IMG/VR virus record: IMGVR_UViG_2619619132_000004
DNA from: a virus
Lineage: Duplodnaviria > Heunggongvirae > Uroviricota > Caudoviricetes
Length of the DNA stretch: 19,407 nucleotides
Direction: 5' to 3' (one strand)
The first letter of the stretch is position 1. Each line of letters opens with the position of its first letter. The notes under the pieces were generated by a model. It did no database searches. It saw only the letters and a list, made by a program, of their open reading frames with translations, and was not told the DNA's origin. This document shows, piece after piece, positions 14,352 to 19,407 of the stretch. Position numbers and translations under genes: made by a program.

Positions 14352-14539
14352 GACGACAGCGACGAAGCATTACCGATATAGTCTGTGAAAACTGCAATTA
14401 CCTTCCAACGAAACGCTCCCGAAATAAACCCAGGCCAATCCCCAACGAATCTGATGTAAAAACCTTCAATTATACGTCTCACCTGTGGGATGTCCGGTGG
14501 CTCAGACGTCGTGCAAGATTTAATAGTCACTCCGGATAG
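14348..14539 (+). CDS. ninE: NinE-like protein (63 aa)
   Basis: [27 protein letters not shown]...; start overlaps the ninB stop (ATGA); position as in lambda and DLP12 nin regions. Confidence 0.6.
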   Translation: MRRQRRSITDIVCENCNYLPTKRSRNKPRPIPNESDVKTFNYTSHLWDVRWLRRRARFNSHSG

Positions 14540-14559
14540 TTCAATGTACGAGGAATAAG

Positions 14560-14853
14560 ATGATGGCAAACCTACGCAAAGAAGCGCGTGGCAGAGAATG
14601 TCAGGTACGGATTTACGGCGTATGCAATGGCAATCCTGAAACTACAGTTTTGGCGCATTACCGAATAGCTGGAATTTGCGGAACGGGAATGAAGCCAGAT
14701 GACCTGTTGGCTGCATGGGCCTGTAGTGACTGCCATAATGAAATCGATCGCCGTACTCGCATTCTCGACAACAACGACGCCAGACTTTACCACCTGGAAG
14801 GCGTGATCAGGACGCAGGCGATATTGCTGAAGGAGGGGAAGATTAAGTCATGA
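14560..14853 (+). CDS. DUF1364-family protein (YbcO-like, Cys/His-rich putative nuclease)
   Basis: Conserved Cys/His pattern (RECQVR...CNGN...CSDCHNEID); located immediately upstream of rusA as ybcO is in DLP12. Confidence 0.65.
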   Translation: MMANLRKEARGRECQVRIYGVCNGNPETTVLAHYRIAGICGTGMKPDDLLAAWACSDCHNEIDRRTRILDNNDARLYHLEGVIRTQAILLKEGKIKS

Positions 14854-15212
14854 ATGAATATGAGTTTGTGCTTCCCTGGCCGCCGACGGTGAATACCTAC
14901 TGGCGAAGACGGGGAAGCCAGTACTACATCAGCGATAAAGGCCAGAAATACCGAAAAGACGTACAGCAAATCATCCGGCAACTCAGATTAGACATTTTCA
15001 CTAAATCACGACTTCGCATCACAATTATTGCTGAACCACCAGACTCCCGCCGTCGCGACCTCGATAACATCCTGAAAGGTTTACTCGACTCTCTTATCCA
15101 CGCCGGATTTGCGGAAGACGACGAGCAATTCGATGACATTCGCGTAATTCGCGGCGTGAAAGTGCCTGGCGGTAGAGTGGGGATAAAAATCACCGAACTG
15201 GAGAACATTTGA
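14850..15212 (+). CDS. rusA: RusA Holliday-junction resolvase
   Basis: Motifs LPWPPTVNTYW and RRRDLDN match RusA; start overlaps the upstream stop (ATGA). Confidence 0.85.
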   Translation: MNEYEFVLPWPPTVNTYWRRRGSQYYISDKGQKYRKDVQQIIRQLRLDIFTKSRLRITIIAEPPDSRRRDLDNILKGLLDSLIHAGFAEDDEQFDDIRVIRGVKVPGGRVGIKITELENI

Positions 15213-15406
15213 TGAATGCTAAAATTCAAACGATACCTGAATTACTGATCTGCACCAGGGGAAATCAGACAGAAGTCGCCAGAATACCGAACTGCAATCG
15301 TGCTACAGTCAGAAAATACATTGATGATAAAGATGCGAAAAAGCACGCCGTCGTCAATGGCGTCCTTATGGTTCATCGCGGATGGGGTAAAGATACTGAT
15401 GCGTGA
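15212..15406 (+). CDS. ninH: NinH-like protein (64 aa)
   Basis: [42 protein letters not shown] closely matches lambda NinH ([42 protein letters not shown]). Confidence 0.8.
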   Translation: MNAKIQTIPELLICTRGNQTEVARIPNCNRATVRKYIDDKDAKKHAVVNGVLMVHRGWGKDTDA

Positions 15407-15779
15407 TATCCGGCAGGTTCTTGAGCGCTGGGGGGCATGGGCGGTAAATAACTATGAGGATGTTACATGGTCGCCCATTGCTGCCGGATTTAAGGGACTG
15501 ATCCCCGAAAAAGTAAAATCACGTCCACAGTGCTGTGACGATGATGCGATGGTGATATGCGGGTGCATAGCCCGCCTTTACCGGAACAATCGCGATCTGC
15601 ATGACTTGCTGGTTGATTACTACGTGTTGGGGGAGACGTTCATGGCGCTGGCACGTAAGCATGGATGCTCTGATGGAACTATCGGTAAAAAATTACAGAA
15701 AGCGGAGGGCGTGGTTGAAGGGATGTTAATGTTACTTGGTGTCAGACTGGAAATGGACCGATATGCGCAACGCCTCTGA
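15399..15779 (+). CDS. Q: Late-gene antiterminator Q (933W/phage 21-type, 126 aa)
   Basis: [25 protein letters not shown]...[16 protein letters not shown] matches the short Q family of Stx-type lambdoid phages; last gene of the nin operon. Confidence 0.75.
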   Translation: MRDIRQVLERWGAWAVNNYEDVTWSPIAAGFKGLIPEKVKSRPQCCDDDAMVICGCIARLYRNNRDLHDLLVDYYVLGETFMALARKHGCSDGTIGKKLQKAEGVVEGMLMLLGVRLEMDRYAQRL

Positions 15780-15818
15780 CAGGAGGCGTTTGCCGTTCAC
15801 TATGTGAAGTGTGTCAAT

Positions 15819-15848
15819 TTGTGAGCGTTATGCTGTTTACTTTATAGT
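15819..15848 (+). promoter_or_regulatory. Candidate late promoter PR' (TTGTGA, 17-18 bp spacer, TATAGT)
   Basis: Sigma70-like hexamers at canonical spacing about 40 bp downstream of the Q stop. A qut site is not identifiable by eye. Confidence 0.35.
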
Positions 15849-15910
15849 ACAGGGACGTAAGAGTTATCTACCTGTTAATAACATATATACAACAATGAAC
15901 AGGGGGCAAA

Positions 15911-16570
15911 ATGGACATTGAAGATTTTCTGGAGGCGGAAGACAATGATCTGTCTCTGTGGAATGATGATATTTTAAGCATTGACTGGTTCGTTATCCTC
16001 AAAGAGCTTTTGAAATACCAGAACAGGTTAAAGTTAAACTATTCAGAATTACTTCTGCTGGCTAATTTTGTTTCATTTCACCAGGACGTAGATTCGCAAA
16101 CATTACCATCAATATCTCTTTTTGCCACCAGAATGCGTGCATCTCGTGCCATTATAGAAGAAGGCTTTCAACGCCTGGAGGAGAAAGGGATGTTGCAGAA
16201 GATAAGTTATGCTCAAATCGGTCATGATTATGATTTGCGGAACGTTTATGACATCAAGCCATTAATTCGTAAGTTAATTGAGGTGCTGAAAACCGAGTAT
16301 GATAAAAAGCACACTTGCCCCCTCTGCGGCAAAATAGCTGTCTCTGATGAGGAAATTGAGAAAAAATTCGGATTCAGAATTTGCGGGAATAAGAAAAGGC
16401 CGCAAAGCTGGTGCCGTTCATGCAGAAGCACGAAACAACGCAGACTGAATTCATCGCTAATTGGCAAAAAAAGCCCCGAAAATCTCCGCCCGAGGTGGTG
16501 TGAAGCGTCGCGGAACCCCGGATTCCACTCACGATTGAACGAGGTGCTAAAAAGTATTTTACGTACGTAA
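15911..16570 (+). CDS. Hypothetical zinc-ribbon protein (219 aa; CPLCGK...CRSCRS), moron downstream of Q
   Basis: GGGGG RBS 5 nt before ATG; AT-rich composition unlike the flanking phage genes; own terminator 45 bp downstream. Confidence 0.5.
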   Translation: MDIEDFLEAEDNDLSLWNDDILSIDWFVILKELLKYQNRLKLNYSELLLLANFVSFHQDVDSQTLPSISLFATRMRASRAIIEEGFQRLEEKGMLQKISYAQIGHDYDLRNVYDIKPLIRKLIEVLKTEYDKKHTCPLCGKIAVSDEEIEKKFGFRICGNKKRPQSWCRSCRSTKQRRLNSSLIGKKSPENLRPRWCEASRNPGFHSRLNEVLKSILRT

Positions 16571-16615
16571 AAATCTGCATATCATGATAAGAGTGGTTAC
16601 ATTGCCACGCTGCTT

Positions 16616-16641
16616 AACCCGCCGATGCGCGGGTTTTTTTG
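16616..16641 (+). terminator. Rho-independent terminator (AACCCGC-CGAUG-CGCGGGUU then U7)
   Basis: GC-rich stem and T-run after the 219 aa ORF; may serve as tR'. Confidence 0.75.
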
Positions 16642-16820
16642 TACCCAGAATCCTGTGAGCTATACGGAAAGTACACAGAAAGGAAGGTACGACCGCAATT
16701 AATAACAAAATCTTAAAAATCTCATATGGCACTATTAGTTTTCTAAATATTGTATATTTTAAGTATTGCAGGATAACCCTGTAACGAAGTTTGCGTAACA
16801 GCATTTTGCTCTACGAGTTT

Positions 16821-16851
16821 GCCAGCCTCCCCTGGTGGCTGGCTTTTTTTG
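16821..16851 (+). terminator. Rho-independent terminator (GCCAGCC...GGCUGGC then U7)
   Basis: 7 bp GC stem and T-run in non-coding DNA about 180 bp after the previous terminator. Confidence 0.7.
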
Positions 16852-17114
16852 TATCCGTTCAACGGGAATGTTACATACCTCACAATTAAGTCAGTTGAAT
16901 GTTGTCTGCCCGGATGAGAATTTGTTAGAAAAAACTGCATGGTGAATCCCCCTGAGCGGAGGGGCGACTGGTGACGGTATAATCTCTGATTATCAAAACG
17001 AGAATGACGCGGGTTTAGTGGCACCGGGCTGAACTCACCGGGAGGCACCCGGCACCATGCAATGGCACATAGCGCCACTCTCCAGCCCCTCTCCGGAGGG
17101 GCTTTCTTATGGAC

Positions 17115-17143
17115 AAAAAAGCCCGCGCTGGGAGACGCGGGCG
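17115..17143 (-). terminator. Rho-independent terminator on the minus strand (GCCCGCG...CGCGGGC then U6)
   Basis: Reverse complement shows a 7 bp GC stem followed by TTTTTT; candidate promoter TTGCGC-18-TATTAT lies upstream on the minus strand (about 17190..17225). Confidence 0.55.
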
Positions 17144-17335
17144 GCAAGGAATAAACAATGAAACGTGAAGTAATATTTCAGCTGGCGAATAATACCCCAT
17201 AGTAATCACTCTGCGCAACTGCGCGACCTTTTTCGAATTGCGGGCTGTAGTCTCCCTTCTGCCATTGTCCTGTAACTTCCGGACTTCAGCCCGCTCCTTA
17301 TTTTACTCACAATATTATCCCGGCCGGGAGGATTC

Positions 17336-19108
17336 ATGGCATTTAAACACTATGATGTTGTCAGGGCGGCGTCGCCGTCAGACCTTGCGAAACGAATAAC
17401 TCAAAAACTGAAGGAAGGGGGGCAGCCTTATGGTAGTGCGCTGATTTCGACAGCTGGTTATGGTGCGGAGTTCATCCAGCCAGTTGTGAGTGAGGGGAGC
17501 ATCTCATCACCAGAGGAGCCAGGCAACCGTCCGACGACCTCAGCGCCTTCTGTTGCGCCAGAATATTACTATGTGATCGCGCTTGCTGGTCAGTCCAATG
17601 GTATGTCATACGGTGAGGGACTGCCATTACCGGATACATTCGACAGCCCTGATCCACGTATTAAACAGTTAGCGCGTCGCAGTACGGTGACACCGGGCGG
17701 TGCAGCATGCAAATATAACGACATCATTCCGGCGGACCATTGTCTGCATGATGTGCAGGACATGAGCCGTCTTAACCATCCGAAAGCGGACCTGTCAAAG
17801 GGGCAGTACGGAACCGTGGGGCAGGGGCTGCATATCGCCAAAAAACTGCTGCCGTTTATACCGGCGAATGCGGGCATTCTGCTGGTTCCGTGCTGTCGTG
17901 GTGGTTCAGCGTTCACCACCGGAGCTGATGGCACATACAGTGACGCGAGTGGCGCCTCGGAGAATTCAACCCGCTGGGGTGTGGACAAGCCGCTGTATAA
18001 GGACCTTATCGGTCGAACAAAAGCGGCACTGGAGAAGAACCCGAAAAATGTGCTGTTTGCCGTGGTGTGGATGCAGGGGGAATTTGATTTTGGCGGTACG
18101 CCGGCAAATCATGCCGCACAGTTTGGTGCGCTGGTTGATAAATTCCGTGCAGACCTGGCGGATATGGCAGGCCAGTGCGTCGGTGGCTCTGCTGGCGGTG
18201 TTCCCTGGATATGCGGGGACACGACGTATTTCTGGAAGCAGAAGAACGAATCCACGTACCAGACGGTGTACGGCAGCTATAAAAATAAAACGGAAAAGAA
18301 TATCCATTTCGTACCGTTCATGACCGATGAGAACGGGGTGAATGTGCCGACGAACAAACCGGAAGAAGACCCGGACATTCCGGGTATCGGTTATTACGGT
18401 TCGAAATGGCGTGACAGCTCAGCCACCTGGACGTCACAGGACAGGGCGAGCCATTTCAGTTCATGGGCTCGCCGTGGGATTATTTCCGACCGTCTGGCAA
18501 CGGCGATTCTGAGCTGCGCGGGTAAGTCTTCTGCGTTTGTTAATGGTACTGCCGGGGTGGTTGTTCCAGACAGACCGGTTACCACCTCAGAGTCTGTAAT
18601 TTTTTACGATGCCAAAAAAGCTACAGACAATCAGCTGAAACCCTATGGCTGGGACGGTGTGTATGGCAGGCGCACACTGGTTGATGACAGCGGCAATAAA
18701 GCTCTGCGAATTGAGAAAAATAACAGCGCGAAATCCTGGTCAATGTACTGTGATATTGCTGCAGACAAGGCAAAACTTTTACTGGAAAAAGGCGGGGAAA
18801 TTGCTGTCCGGTTTAAAATCCCCGAAAACGTCAATCTTGAGACAACCAGAAACAAGTATGCCTTTGGTTTGTACTGGCGAATAGCGGAATGGCCGGGTGA
18901 GGGTGGTGAAGGCCATCTGAGTTCTTTCTTTGTCCAGACAGATAAAGCCAGTATTAATGTTGCATACCATCATACAGTTAATCAACAAAAAGAACTTGGC
19001 ACGTTTGGCGCATTCGACCATGACTGGCATACGCTTGCATTTAAATTTAAGGGCAGTAACAGCATTAATGAACCGCCCCGGGTTTCCTGGAGAGTGTTTT
19101 ATCTGTGA
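17336..19108 (+). CDS. NanS-p-like SGNH/SASA-family sialate O-acetylesterase, 3'-truncated by IS insertion
   Basis: GGGAGG RBS; GQSN motif (IALAGQSNGMSYGEG) typical of SASA/SGNH esterases; position downstream of Q as for nanS-p in Stx-type prophages. The last 13 codons and the stop lie inside the IS that begins at 19069. Confidence 0.65.
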   Translation: MAFKHYDVVRAASPSDLAKRITQKLKEGGQPYGSALISTAGYGAEFIQPVVSEGSISSPEEPGNRPTTSAPSVAPEYYYVIALAGQSNGMSYGEGLPLPDTFDSPDPRIKQLARRSTVTPGGAACKYNDIIPADHCLHDVQDMSRLNHPKADLSKGQYGTVGQGLHIAKKLLPFIPANAGILLVPCCRGGSAFTTGADGTYSDASGASENSTRWGVDKPLYKDLIGRTKAALEKNPKNVLFAVVWMQGEFDFGGTPANHAAQFGALVDKFRADLADMAGQCVGGSAGGVPWICGDTTYFWKQKNESTYQTVYGSYKNKTEKNIHFVPFMTDENGVNVPTNKPEEDPDIPGIGYYGSKWRDSSATWTSQDRASHFSSWARRGIISDRLATAILSCAGKSSAFVNGTAGVVVPDRPVTTSESVIFYDAKKATDNQLKPYGWDGVYGRRTLVDDSGNKALRIEKNNSAKSWSMYCDIAADKAKLLLEKGGEIAVRFKIPENVNLETTRNKYAFGLYWRIAEWPGEGGEGHLSSFFVQTDKASINVAYHHTVNQQKELGTFGAFDHDWHTLAFKFKGSNSINEPPRVSWRVFYL

Positions 19109-19407
19109 ACTCAGGCTGCCAGATCATCGTTTCCGATGGAAGCATAATAAGCTTTTTCTGCTTCTGCCGGAGGAGTATGGCCCAGCCTTTCCAGCAATCG
19201 TCGATTGTTATACCAGTCCACCCACGTGAGTGTGGCCAGTTCCACTTCTGCACGGTTTTTCCAGCTCTTACGGTGTATTACCTCCGCTTTGTAAAGACCA
19301 TTGATGCTCTCCGCCATCGCGTTGTCATACGAGTCGCCTGTACTTCCTGTTGATGCCAGTAATCCGGCTTCCTTAAGCCGCTGTGTGTAGGCCAGCGATA
19401 CATACTG
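19069..19407 (-). mobile_element. IS3-family insertion sequence (IS629-like), partial copy running off the window end; terminus at 19069
   Basis: Terminal sequence TGAACCGCCCCGGGTTTCCTGGAGA at 19069; minus strand encodes an OrfB C-terminus. Same orientation as the copy at 1..579. Confidence 0.85.
19111..19407 (-). CDS. IS3-family transposase OrfB, C-terminal fragment (continues beyond window)
   Basis: MAESINGLYKAEVIHRKSWKNRAEVELATLTWVDWYNNRRLLERLGHTPPAEAEKAYYASIGNDDLAA is a typical IS3-family OrfB C-terminus (DDE region end). Confidence 0.8.
   Translation of the reverse strand, partial: QYVSLAYTQRLKEAGLLASTGSTGDSYDNAMAESINGLYKAEVIHRKSWKNRAEVELATLTWVDWYNNRRLLERLGHTPPAEAEKAYYASIGNDDLAA

Noticed and set aside
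13050-14569. Minus-strand ORFs 13050..13373, 13470..13688, 13818..14087, 14117..14569 and plus ORFs 13234..13422, 13444..13704, 13526..13741
   Set aside because: Overlap the ORF6N antirepressor-like, ninB and ninE genes on the opposite strand or in other frames.
16246-17218. Minus-strand ORFs 16246..16467, 16374..16580, 16559..16804, 16743..17147, 17015..17218
   Set aside because: Either antisense to the 219 aa moron or spanning terminator hairpins in the non-coding region; no RBS; the interval is better explained by RNA structures.
16571-17335. tRNA genes and stx genes expected downstream of Q in Stx-type phages
   Set aside because: No tRNA cloverleaf with a T-loop GTTCGAATC-type motif and matching acceptor stem could be assembled by eye, and no ORF resembling Shiga toxin subunits is present; a tRNAscan run would be needed to exclude tRNAs definitively.
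17472-19030. ORFs 17472..17657, 17590..17988, 17868..18323, 17966..18307, 18394..18585, 18643..18855, 18645..18884, 18779..19030 within the esterase gene
   Set aside because: Alternate-frame or antisense ORFs inside the 590 aa SGNH esterase reading frame.

Overview
The window is an approximately 18.5 kb core of a lambdoid prophage (Rac-like recombination arm, lambda-like immunity, replication, nin and Q regions), bounded at both ends by same-orientation partial copies of an IS3-family insertion sequence (IS629-like). The left IS ends at 579 and cuts off the 3' end of a recE-like gene; the right IS begins at 19069 and cuts off the 3' end of a NanS-p-like SGNH esterase gene. Between them, leftward (minus strand): N antiterminator, several small ORFs, a KilR-like gene, a DicF-like sRNA candidate and recE'. 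Then the immunity region: cI (HTH plus S24 peptidase), cro and cII, with nutL and nutR sites that share a boxA. Rightward: an O-like replication initiator with internal and upstream repeats, a DnaC-like helicase loader, and a nin region carrying three toxin-antitoxin loci in about 2 kb (hok/sok type I, a Doc-family toxin with an unclassified partner, a HigB-2-like toxin with HTH antitoxin). These are followed by an ORF6N antirepressor-like gene, ninB, ninE, a DUF1364 gene, rusA, ninH and a Q antiterminator, then a 219 aa zinc-ribbon moron with its own terminator and a structured non-coding region. No integrase, structural or lysis genes, tRNA genes, CRISPR arrays or stx genes were found in the window. 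All homology calls come from motif and sequence recognition by eye, not from database searches.
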